Source: Vicugna vicugna (lineage: Eukaryota). From it: DNA of 64,000 nt. This document shows, in pieces, positions 24,966-38,000 of the stretch (the stretch's first letter is position 1; every line of letters begins with the position of its first letter). A program made the position numbers and the translations under genes. The notes under the pieces are model-generated. The model was given only the letters and a program-made list of their open reading frames with translations, did not search any database and was not told where the DNA came from. The DNA is taken from contig MU058722.1 of the NCBI GenBank assembly GCA_013265495.1, positions 1-64,000 on the forward strand, written 5' to 3'.

Positions 24966-27900
24966 AAGAGTATGGTTGTCTGACATATAACAAAAGGAAT
25001 CAAGAAAATTAAAAAAATAAATACTCAAAGGGATGTCAAGGATTATTCAGCACACAGCGACCCAGTATCACTGCTTGCATGTATTCAACACACTTGTATG
25101 TAGAAAACTGATGTGTGCAATAATATTCATAAATATTAATTCATAAGAGCACATCGTGACCTAACCCAAATGCCTACTTTGAATAAAATCGATTCAAATT
25201 CCATAATATAGATTTACTAGTCTTCCAACAGGATGAATGAATGGCCTATTCAACCCCAGGTAGAGAATAAATGGCATATGCCCATAACAAAGACAAGTAG
25301 CTCTACAAATCACTACTAATAGCAAAAGAGACAGACTGTAAAGTGTACATTGTGATTGGTTTCATTTCTAGGAATTTCAGCCCCCATGAAACAAAAGGAT
25401 CCATGTACTGAGAGTGTGGGAATTTCAGCAGAAAATCAACAGACGTATATGTATTCTGGGTGAATTGATATTACACAAGCATATGATTGCAATTGTGGGG
25501 TCTTTGTTTACTCTTAACTGTTAGAAAGGTTAAAGACATGTGGAACAACAAATTTAAAATGGACAAATTGCCCTCCGTTTGTACTGTGTATAGAGATCTG
25601 AACCAAAGGATAGAGGGTAGGAACAAAAGGACCATGGGACGCTAATGGAGAGAATCACTTTTATTTTAGGAACCTGTCGTCTGATGCAGCCCCTCCCCCA
25701 ACACTGACAAGATGCAGCAACCATTGGGGATGGCAGTTACCGGTTGGATTCCAGGAGGAATGTTGGTGTGTTCCACGAGGATTGTTATGACTGGTGGATC
25801 CTAGGTAACTGGGCAGAGCTCTGTGGGTCGATCACTGTCATGTAGGGGCTGCCATCCTCTGTGGAACTTGGCTTAGTTCTATTGTTCGGGAAGCTGTGTA
25901 TGTTCGAGATACTGCTGCTACCCAATGGCCTGAGATCACGGGTCAGTTTCTAGAAATTGAAAAGTGAGACAGTGGCAGGTCTGCCTGACATCACCTTACT
26001 GTTTAGACTTTGAGGTACTTTCAGATTTTCCCAGTAATGTAGTAGTTGGCTTTGTGGGAGACATGAAGAGTAGCCAGCAGAAAACTTGGCTGCACGGATT
26101 GAGGAGAGATGTGAATACATTGATGGGAGTTGTTCTGCTACAATGGAGAATACTGGCATGGAGTCTTCTTTAGACAATACCAGGCTCAAAAGACATTCAT
26201 GAGACATGTTTAGTTTCTCTGATACTAGCAGAAACCTGTGGAGGGCCAACATTAACTTGAGGAAGTTACTCAATTCTCCACTCCAAGAAGTGGTCCAAGA
26301 TTCCAGTCTAAAAGAGAAGAGATGGCAGATATGATAAAACTACTCATGTTCTTGGAAGAGGTCGTGAGAATCTACACGTCCTAAGGGGTGTTTAAAAATC
26401 ACACAGGCTACAGAACATGAAGCCCTGGTTAACTTTTACCCATTGTTGGGACTAACTGTCAAGGACTTGCCCTTCCCTACCCTCCATTCAGGCATCCATT
26501 TCAAAAGATCAGCAACTAAGCTGCAATGAAGCCAGTTGGAGAATAGCAAGCCCCTCCTAGATCCAGTATTCTTCCAAATTCACACTCTGTGCACAACACT
26601 GAACACCTCAATGGTCAAATAGTCTTGACTAAAATAGATAGGATTTGAATAATTAGCTGACACAAAAAAAGATGACCTTCACCTAGATTCAGCAAATGCT
26701 GGGTTTATGTCTTCTTTGGGGTGAAGGGAGTGTGGTAAGTGAGCGGAATCTTTGACTGAACTTGAATATGTATTAGGTCTCTGTTTTTAAAGACAGTATA
26801 GGTAAATATTATGTTAGTTAGTGAATAGAACTGTAACATTTGCCATAGACATGTAAGGACACATGTTATGTGGACCATCTTTTCCCTTCATTCCAGCCAC
26901 AGGTGCAGTATATAATGAGGTTGCAGACTTTGTTGTAAGTTTCATTATCCTACATGATCAGAAGATAAAGCGTTCTCATGGTTGATAGAAGAGCACCTGG
27001 TTCTCAATAGCCTCACAAAGCTGCAGCAGTTTACTCATAGCTGTAATGCTCTTAGGTGCTTTTGGGGCCAAGCCTATATATAAATATGTTGTTTCATTTT
27101 CCTTGTGTTTTCCTAAGGAGAAATGTTGCCACTTTGATATGAAAACATCATCCAGTATGTGTCACTGGGAGGAAAGTTTACCACATGCACTAGGGAAACT
27201 CAGGGTGGGGGTTATATCATGGTTCCAATAGTTATTTCATGGTTCCTGTTGGTGTTGGAGTCATCAACAGTAAATAGTTGACCTTTTCCCTTCATTATTT
27301 TGGACTGCTATTTTACATTATATCTGTCTACTTTTCCCTTAGAGCTGACAAAATGGTAACTGAATTTGACAAGTCTGGCTTGTAAGTAGATTTAGTATGT
27401 TTCAAAAACTAACTTCATTTTCATATAAATCCCAAAATATGTAAATCAATTCTATTAAGATTTTGAAAGCCTGCAACTGAGGAATCAACACAATATTAAA
27501 ACTGGATTATTTGGACAAATCTTCCTACCATGCCTGTATAGAAATTAGAGATTAACAAGAATCACATTTCTGTGAGTTATATATGGAAAGTGTTGATTTA
27601 TCAATGCCCAGTTGGCAACGTACTAGTGCAAACAACGATCACTAGCTCCCATGTATGCAGGAAGAGAAATATCCACTACCCTGCCCTTGGTTCAGGACAC
27701 TTGCCGAAGGGTGGTCTCTTACTTACAAATACAGAATTAGGCGTCAGAAAACCTGGAAGGAGGAGAAGGCAAAGTAGAGAATGGATATCAATGCAGGACC
27801 TGACCTTTGGTGATAGAGCAGCAAATGTGAAACTCTGTTTTACTTGGATGCACACTCTCAAGTGGACAGGACACATAGGATTGAAAGTGGTATGCTGAGT

Positions 27901-29304
27901 GTTAGAAGAGTTCACAGCAGATGCTTGGCTGACAGAACTCAAAGAAGTTAGCACAAAATACCCCCACAATTTATTCTGAGAACAAGAAACGAGCTGCCAA
28001 ATTTGAGCTAGCAGTGGCTGCAGAAAATGAGGTATCAGGTTATGGATGATGGCACATGCTGTTTCTCAGGGATGTGGAGTGTGTTGTGGATTGTGGTTGA
28101 CCCTATCAAGAGAGGAAACTGACCTTGGACACCAGTGAGTAAGAAACAACCCTGGTGTTTAAAGTTGAGTTTATCAAAATGTCTCATGGTCACATCCACT
28201 ATATCTGCAGGACAAGGGACCAATTTGGAATTTTGCCAATAGAGCACATGTGGGGCTCAATCAGAGAAATCATGAATCTGGTCTGAGGGATCCAGGGGGC
28301 CTTGGGATTGAAATCAGTTTCCAAAGCCTTAGGATCAGCTATATTCTTAGCCTGGATTGTGATTACGGATTGGTATGAGGTGGAGGATGTGGGACAGCTC
28401 TGTGGTTGCCTTCATGGTCAAAACCTACAAGGATGAGAGAACAAATAATAGTTTTCTAGGTGCACAGCATGAGAAGATGAAGCATTTCCTTCACCATTAT
28501 CTCCCAAATGCAGATGCTACATTTTGGATTGCACTGACATGGTATGGCACCAAGGACAACTAGGTGGTTCTGCTTGATAATGCTAGCAGGTCCTGATGCA
28601 TGACATCCTTAGATATGTTTCCACAGGTTTTTCTGCAGACAGAGAAGCTCTGGGAAGAACTGGTAACATTGGGATATTCCCATGGAAATAGAAAGGAAAA
28701 GTGCACTGTCAAGATGCTCTTTTGGAAACACTCCAAAATGACATAAAACTGTCTGCAGAGCTGAAACTTTTAGATGCTTCATTTCCACAAGAGGATGTGT
28801 CATGTTAAAATTCAGAAATGTGACATAAGTGTAATAAAAATGAGGTTATAAAAAAACACGAGGGCATGGTATGTTCATCACAACAAAAGCATCATAAGCA
28901 ATTAAAGATATACCAGACAACACACAGAGGAAACTGACATGGCATCAATGTCTAGGAAAAATTGTCCTCACAGAAATATCATGGAATTGTGTACACCCAA
29001 GAGACTATAATTTTCACTTCATGAAGCAGTAGAAATCTGCATTAGATACCTGAGAGTACTTGACCAGTAGAGATAAAGATGTATAGTAAAAGAAACAGGA
29101 AGTACCATTCTCAGTTCCAAAGACATTGAAGACCAACTAAATAGCTTTCAAATAAATAGATTGCAAAACACTACCAGAGCAATTATTGAAAATGGTGGTG
29201 AGAGAAATAATAAAGTAAAACAGTGTCTCAGAATCACAAAAGGCAGAATATCAGAAAAAGGGAAGAGAACTTCTAGGACGAGCTAAATAAAATCAGAAAA
29301 CTCA
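24008..29304 (+). repeat. Macrosatellite unit U2
   Basis: Anchor-to-anchor, 5297 bp. Confidence 0.95.
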
Positions 29305-32300
29305 ATGGATGAGATAATAGCAGGGTTAATTCAGTCCTAAGCAGACTAGATAATGCATAGGGACTCGTGAATGTCTGTGAACACAGGGGAACAGAAATAC
29401 TGCTATCAGAAGATGACATAGAAAAGCAAGTGAAAACCAATGAAAATATTGCTGTTGAATCCTGGGGTAAGATAAAGCATGAAAGACTACGATTCATAAG
29501 TGTCTCAGAGGGAAAAGCATGATATAAAAAAAATCTGAAAAGATATTAGTAGAAAAAACAGAGTGAAACTTGCTGAAAGCCAAGAAACAATCATCTATAT
29601 GAAACCAGGAGCAAACAGCACCCAAATTATGTGGAATACCAATAGACCTACAAGCAGCGGTATTATCATTCAAGTCATTAAAGTTCATGATCAACCCAGT
29701 GATTTTTAATACACCTAGAGGAAAGCAACTTAGACACAACAGAAACTCCAGAGGGGTTTCAGCTGATATTTCAACAGAAATACTTCAGGACAGGAAGGAG
29801 TGCCAGGACATAGACCAAATCCTGAATGAGAAAGAGCTGCAATCTAGGGTAGCGTATGCCACAAGCCCGCCATTTCTAATAACGGCAGAGCTAGACAATT
29901 TCACAGATTGGCAAAACTTAAAAGAATTCAGCAGTTTGAAACTTATCCTAATAGAAAGATTGAGAATTCTACCCTGAATAGGAAAGTAGCAACAAGTAAC
30001 AGAAATAAGAAAACCATCATTGGAAATGCAGGAAGAGCAATGAGTTTCAGAGAATAGAAAAGAAGTGTTTAAGGAGGACATCAAAACCCTAAAGATGGGA
30101 GAGGGAAGCAGGAAAACAAAGGTGATTTTCAGCACTATACTTAGTGAATTAGATTATATGACTCTGTATTTGAAGAAAACAGAGAGATGCATTGACTAAT
30201 GTGTTTGCAAAACAAAGAACAAGCAAAGAAACAAAAAATCAAACAAACAAACAAACACCAAAGAGTATGGTAGGCTGAAATATATCCAAAGGAACAATGA
30301 TAATTCAAAAGAAAATACTCAAAGGGATGTCAAGGAACAATCAGCATGCATCAACTCAGTATCGCTACTTGCATATACACAGCACACTTGTATTCAGAAA
30401 ACAGATGCGTACAATAATATTCATAAGTATTGATTCATAAGACCAAATCGTGACCTAACCCAAAAGCCTATTTTGAGTAAAGTATATTCATATTCCATGA
30501 TATAGATTTACTAGTCTTCCAAAAGTATGAATGAATGGCCTATTCAACCCCACGTAGAGAATAAATGGCATACTCCTATAACAAAGACAATTAGCTCTAC
30601 CAAACTTTACTAAGAGCAAAAGAGACAGACAGTAAAGTGTACATTGGGATTGGCTTCATTTCTAGGAATTTCAGCACCCATGAAAAAACTTGATCCATGT
30701 TCTGAAAGTGTGGGTGTTTCAGCAGAAAAGAAACAGTCGGATATGTATTCTGGGTGAATGGGTATTACACAAACATAAGATTCCTATAGTGAGGTCTCTG
30801 GGTACTGTTAACTGTTAGAAAGTTTAAAGACATGTGTAACCATAAACTTAATATTGACCCACTTCCATCTGTTTGTACTGAGTATAGAGATCTGAACTAA
30901 AGGAAAGAGGTTAGGAAATAAAGGACCATGGGATGCTAATGGAGTGAATCACTTTTAAATTAGGATCCTCTAGTCTGATGCAGCCCCTCCCCCAACACTG
31001 TCAAGATGCAGCAACCATTGGTGATGGCAATTACAAGTTGGATTCCAGGTGGAACGTTGGTGTGTGCTGAAAGGCTTGTTGTGGCTGATGGATCCAAGGT
31101 AACTGGGCAGAGCTCTGTGGGTGGATCAGTGTCATGGTGGGGCTGCAGCCCTCTGTGGAGTTTGGTTTAGTTCTACTGTTCGGGAAGCTGTGTAAGTTCG
31201 AGATACGGCTGCTGCCCAATGGCCTGAGATCACGGGTCAGTTTCTAGAAAATGAAAATCAGACATGGGAAGATCTGCCCATCATCAGCATACTGGTGAGG
31301 CTCCGAGGTACTTTCAGACCTGCCCAGAAGTGCAGAAGTCGACTGTATGGGCGACACGAAGAGAAGCCAGCAGAAAAGCTGGCTGCACAGATTGAGGAGA
31401 GATGCGAACACATTGATGAGAGTTGTTCTACTACAATGGAGAATATTGGCATGGAGAATTCGTTAGAGAACACCAGGCTTGAAAGACATTCATGAGACAT
31501 GTTGAGCCTCGTTGATACTAGCAGAAAGCTGTGGAGGGTAAACGTGAACTTGAGGAAGGTACTCAATTCTCTGCTCCAAGAAGTGGTCCAAGATTACTGA
31601 CGTCTAAAAGACAAGAGATGGCAGAGATGATAAAACCACTCATGTTCTTGGAAGAGGTCATGAGAATCCACACGTCTCAAGGGGCATTTAAAAATCACAC
31701 AGACCACAGAGCACGAAGCCCGGGTAGATTTAACCCGGGGTTGGGCCTAACTATCAAGCACTCGCTGTTCCCTCCCCTCCACTCAGGCATCCATTTCAAA
31801 GGATCAGCACTTGAGTTGCAATGAAGCCAGTAGGAGAAAAGCAAGCCCCTCCTAGAACCAGTGTTCCTCCTAACTTCACACTCTGTGCACAACACTGAAC
31901 TCCTCAATGGTCAAATACTCTCGTCTATAATAGATAGGAATGTAGTACTTAGCTCCCACAAGGAAATGATGACCTTCCCCTAGATTCAGCAAATGCTATG
32001 GTTACGTCTTCTTTTGGGTGAATTGAGTGTGGTAAGTGAGGGGAATATATGACTGAACTTGTATATGTATTAGGCCTCAGATTGTCAAGACAGTATAGGT
32101 AACTATTATAAGTCAGTTAGTGAAGTGAACTGTAAAAGTCGCCATAGACATGTAAGGACACATGTTATGTGGACTGACTTTTCCCTTCATTCAAGTATAT
32201 CATGTGGGTTCAGACTTTGCTGGGTTAAACTGCTTTACCCAACATGATCGGATGATTAAGTGTTCTCATGGTTGATAGAAGAGCAACTGGTTGTCAATAG

Positions 32301-35085
32301 CCTAGCAAAACTGAAGCAGATTTCTCAAAGCTATAATGCCTCTAGGTGCTTTTGGAACCAAGAATAAATATAAATAGCTTGTTTCGGTTTCCTTGGGTTT
32401 TCCAAGACAGAAATGTTACCCCTTGAAATGACAACATTGGCCAATATGTGTCATTGAGAAGAAAGAGCACCACATGCACAAGGGAAACCCAGGGTGGGGT
32501 TATTTCATGGTTCCAATAGTTATTTCATTGTTCCTGTTGGTGTGGTAAGTATCAGCAGTAAAGTGTTGACCTGTCCTCTTTATCATTTTGGACTGCTTTT
32601 TTACATTCTATCTGTCTACTTTTTCCTTAGACCTGAATAATGTTAACAAAATTGACAAGTCTGTCTTCTTTGTATATTTAGTATGTTTTAAAAACTAACT
32701 TCATTTTCATATAAATCCCAAAATATGTAAATTAATTGTATTAAGCTTTGGAAGACTACAACTGAGGTATCAACACAATGTCAAAATTGGAATCTTCGGA
32801 CAAACCCTCCCACCATGGCTGTATAGAAAAAAGAGATAAACAAGAATCATATTACTGTGAGTTATATATGGAAAGTGTTGATTTATTGATGCCCAGTTGG
32901 CAGGGTACCAGTGCAACCTACACTTACTTGCTCCCATGTACACAGCAAGAGAAACAACCACTCACCTAGCCCTTGGTTCAGGATACTTCCCAAAGAGTGG
33001 TCCCTTACTTCCAAATACAGAATGAGGCATCAGAAAACCTGGAGGCAGGAGAAGGCAAAGTAGATAATGGAAATCAGTGCAGGACCTGACCTCTGGTGAT
33101 GAAGCAGCAAAGGTGAAACTCTGTTTATCTTGGATGCACACTCTCAAGCAGAGAGGACACATGGAATTGAAAGTGATGCGCTGATTAAGTGCACAGCCTT
33201 GGCTGACAGAACTCAAAGAAACCAGCACAAAATATCCCCACAATTAATTCTGAGAACAAGAACCGAGCTGCCAAATTTGAGCTAGCAGTGGCTACAGAAA
33301 ATGAGGCTATGGATGATGGCACACACTGTGTCTCACGGTTCTGGAGTGAGTTGTGGATTGTGGTTGGCCCTACCAAGAGAGGATACTGAGCTTGAACCCC
33401 AGTGAGAAAGCAACAACCCTGGGGCACAAAGTAGAGTTTATCAAAATGTCCCATTGCTGTATCCACTGCATCTGCAAGCCCAGGGACCAATTTGGCATTT
33501 TGCCAATAGAGCACATCTGGGGCTCAATCAGAGAAATCATGCATCTGGTCTGAGGGATCCAGAGGGCCTTGGGGCTTAAATCAGTTTCCAAAGCCTTAGG
33601 ATCAGCTAAATTCCTAGCCTGGACTGGGATTACAGACTGGTATGAGGTGGAGGATGCAGGAGAGCTCTGTGGTTGCCTTCGTGGTCCCAAGCCACAGGGA
33701 TGAGAGAACAAAGAATAGCGGTCTAAGTCCGTAGCGTGAGAAGATGAAGCATTTCTTTCTGCATTATATCCCAAATGCAGATGCTGCATTTTGGATGGTA
33801 CAGACATGGTATGGCACTGAGGACATGTAAGTGGTTCTGCGCAATAATGGCAGCAGGCCCAGATGCATGAAATTCTTAGATATGTTTCCACAGCTTTTTC
33901 TGTTGACAGAGAATCTCTGGGAAGAACTGGGCACATTGGGACATTCACATGGAAATAGAAAGATCAAGTGCACTGTCAATATGCTGTTTTGAAAACACTC
34001 CAAAATGACATAAAACTGTCTGCAGAGCTGAAATTTATAGATGCTTCATTTCCACAAGAAGAATGGTCATGCCCACTTTCAGAAAAGTGACATAAGCGTA
34101 TTAAAAAGAGAATTATTCTAAATGATGAGAGTATGGTGTGTTCATCACAAAAAGGCATCACCAGCATTTAGAGTTATACCAGACAACCCACACACATAAA
34201 TGACATGGCATCAATGTGTAGAAAATATTGTCCTCACAGAAATATTATGGAATTGCATACACACAAGAGACTAAAAGTTTCACTTAACAAAGCCCTACAA
34301 GTCTACTTTAGATACCTGATACTACTTGACCAGTAGATATAAAGAAGTATAGTAAAAGAAACAGGAAGTACCATTCTCACTTCCCAAGAGATTGAAGGCC
34401 CTAAGTAAAGCTTTCAAACAACTAGATTGAGAAACACTACCAGAGCAATTATTGAAAACTTAAGTGAGAGAAAAAGTAAAGAAAAACATGTCCATCAACA
34501 GATGACTGGATAAAGAAGATGTGGTATATTTATACAATGGAATACTATACAGCCATAAAACCAGACAACATAATGCCATTTGCAGCAACATGGATGCTCC
34601 TGGAGAATGTCATTCTAAGTGAAGTAAGCCAGAAAGAGAAAGAAAAATACCATATGAGGTCAATCATATGTGGAATCTAAAAAACAAAAACAAAAACAAA
34701 CAAACAAAAAGAAAGCATAAATACAGGACAGAAATAGATGCACAGAAAGAGAATACAGACTTGTGAATACCAGGGGAGTGGAGGGTGTGAAGGGATAGGC
34801 TGGGATTTTAAAATTGTAGAATAGATAAACAAGATTACACTGTATAGCACAGGGAAATATACACAAAATGTTATAATAACTCACAGAGAAAAAAGTGAGA
34901 ATGAGTGTGTATATGTACATGAAAGACTGAAAAATTGTGCTGAACACTGGAATTTGACACAACATTGTAAAATGATTATAAATCAATAAAAAATGTTAAA
35001 AAAGTGTCTCAGAATCACAAAATGCATAGTATCAGAAAAGGGGAAGAGAACCTCTAAGATGAGCCAGATAAAATAAGAAAACTCA
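29305..35085 (+). repeat. Macrosatellite unit U3 (contains private L1 insertion)
   Basis: 5781 bp including a ~516-bp L1 3' end. Confidence 0.95.
34488..35003 (+). mobile_element. 5'-truncated, relatively young L1 3' end inserted into U3 only
   Basis: Interrupts the unit motif AACA|GTGTCTCAGAATC. It reads ATGTCCATCAACAGATGACTGG...GAAGTAAGCCAGAAAGAGAAAG...AATCAATAAAAAATGTTAAAAAA. No clear TSD. Confidence 0.95.
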
Positions 35086-38000
35086 ATGGATGAGATAATA
35101 GCAGGGCAAAAGTCAGTCCTAAGCAAACTAGATAATGCAGAGGGACTTGTGAATATCTGTGAACACAGAGGAACAGAAATCCCTCTATCAGAAGATAACA
35201 TAGAAAAGCAAGTGAAAACGATTGCAAATATTGCTGTTGAATCCTGGGGTAAGACAAAGCATGAAAGACTAGGATTCATAAGAGTCCCAGAGGGAAAAGC
35301 TAGATATAAAGAAAAAAAACTCTGAAAAGATATTAGTAGAAAAATCAGACTGAAACTTGCTGAAATCCAAGAAACAATCCTCTATACGAAACTAGGGGCA
35401 AACAGCATCCAAATTATGTGGTATCACAATAGACCTACAAGCAGCTGTATTATCTTTCAAATCATCAAAGTTCATGATCAACCCAGTGATTTTAAATGTA
35501 CCTAAAGAAAGCAACTTAGTCAGAACAGAACCTTCAGAGGGGTTTCAACTGATACGTCTACAGAAATTTTGCAGGACAGGAAGGAGTGCCAGGACATAGA
35601 CCAAATCCTGGATCAGAAAAAGGTGCCATCTAGGGTAGCCTATGCCACAAGTCTTCCATTTCTGATAACGGCAGAGATAGACAATTTCACAGACTGGCAA
35701 AATGTAAAAGAAGCCTGCAGTTCAAAACTTATCATAAAACAAAGATTGAGAATTCTACCCTGAATAGAAAAGTAACAAGATGAAATGGAAATAAGAAAAC
35801 CATCTTTGGAAATGAAAGAAGAGCAGTGAGTTGCAGAGAATAAACAAGAAGAAGGCAAGGAGGACAGCAAAACCCTAATGATGGGAGAGGGAAGCAGGAA
35901 GACATAGGTGATTTTCAGCACTATACTAAGTTAATCAGCTTATATGACCCTCTGAAGCAAACGGAGAGGTGCATGGACTAATGTGTTTGCAAAACAAAGA
36001 ACAAGCAAACAAACAAACAATCAAACAAACAAACAAACACCAAAGAGTACGTTTGGCTGACATATATCCAAAGGAACCATGATAATTCTAAAGAAAATAC
36101 TCAAACGAATAACAAGTATCATTCAGCACACATCAACCCAGTATCACTGCTTGCATGTACTCAACACACTCTTATTCAGAATACAGATGTATGCAATAAT
36201 TTTCAAATATATTGATTCATAACAGCACATCATGACCTAACCCAAATGCCTATTTTGAATAAAATCAATTAGTATTCTATAATATGGATTTACTAGTCTT
36301 CCAGCAGGATGAATGAATGGCGTATTCAACCCTACATAGAATATAGTTGGCATACGCTTATAACAAAATAATTAGCTCTACAAAACTGTAGTAAGAGCAA
36401 AAGAGACAGACAGTAAAGTGTACATTGGGATTGGCTTCATTTCTAGGAATTTCAGCCTCCATGAAACTAGTGGATCCATGCACTGAGAGTGTGGGTGTTT
36501 CAACCAAAAAGTAACAGATGGATATGTATTCTGGGTGAATGGATATTGCACAAACATAAAGTTCCTATAGTGAGGTCTTTGTTTACTGTTAAGTGTTAGA
36601 AAGTTTAAAGACGTTTGGAACCATAAACTTAACATGGACAAAATTCCCTCTCTTTGTACTGTGTATCGAGATCTGAACTAAAGGAAAGAGGGTAGGAAAA
36701 AAAGACCATGGGATGCTAATGGAGAGAATCACTATTACCTTAGGAACCTCTCTTCTGATTCAGTCCCTCCCCCATCACTGATAAGATGCAGCAACCATTG
36801 GGGATGGCAGTTACCGGTTGGATTCCAGGTAGAATGTTGGTGTGTTCTGTAAGGCTTGTGGCTGGTGGATCCAAGGTAACTGGGCAGAGCTCTGTGGGTG
36901 GATCAGTGTCATGAAGGGTCTTTCGACATCTGTGGAGCTTGGATTATGTGTCTTGTTCAGGAAGCTTAGTAAGTTCAAGATACTGCTGCTGCCAAATGGG
37001 CTGAGTTCACTAGTCAGTTTCCAGATCTGACAAGGCAGACAGTGGAAGATATTCCTGTCATCAGCTTACCACTGTGGTTCCGAGATACTTTCAGGCTTGC
37101 CCATTACTGTAGAATTCGACTAATGAGAGACACGAAGACAGGCTTAAGAAAAGCTGGGTGCACGGATTGAGGAAATTTATGAACACATTGATGAGCGTTG
37201 TTCAGCTACAATAGAGAATACTGGCATGGAGGGATTTGTAGAGAATATCAGGCTCAAAAGATATTCATGGGACATTTTGAGCTCTGCTGAAACTGACAGA
37301 AACCTGTGGAGGATCAACATGCACTTGATGAAGGTTCTCAATTCTCTGCTTCTAGAACTGGTCCAAAATTCCTGCAGTCTGAAACAGAAGAAATGGCAGA
37401 GATTATTAAAGTTCTCATCTTCTTGTAGGAGGTCGAGAGAATCCACAAGTCCTAAGGGGCATGTACAAACCAGTCAGACCATCAAGCAGCAAGCCCTTGT
37501 AAGCCTTTTCCCAGGGTTGGGCCTAGCTCTCAAGCACTTGCTCTCCCCCCCTCCACTCAGCCATCCATTCCAACGGATCAGCACCTGAGATGCAATCAAA
37601 CCAATAGGAGCACAGAAAGCCCCTCCTTGTATCAGTGTTCCAACCCTTTAACATCCTGTGCACAACAGTGAATTTCTCCATGGTCAACTACTCTCGACTA
37701 AAATAGATTGGAATTGAATTCTTAGCTCACACCACGAAATGATGATCTTCACCTAGATCCAGCAAATACTGGGGTTATGTCTTCTTTGGGGAGAAGGGGG
37801 CGTGGTAAGTGAGGGGAATCTTTGACTGAACTTGAATATGTTTTAGGCCTTAGTTTTTCAAGACAGTATAGGTAAGAATTATAAGTCAGTTATTGAACTG
37901 AATTGCAAAATTCGCCATAGACACGGAAGGACACTTGTTTTGTGGACCATCTTTTCCCTTCAGTGAAGTCCCGGGAGCAGGATATCATGGGGGTGCAGAC

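Noticed and set aside
33370..33948. Longest ORF in the window (192 aa, minus strand)
   Set aside because: It is antisense to the L1 5'UTR module, is broken in other units and has no recognisable domain.
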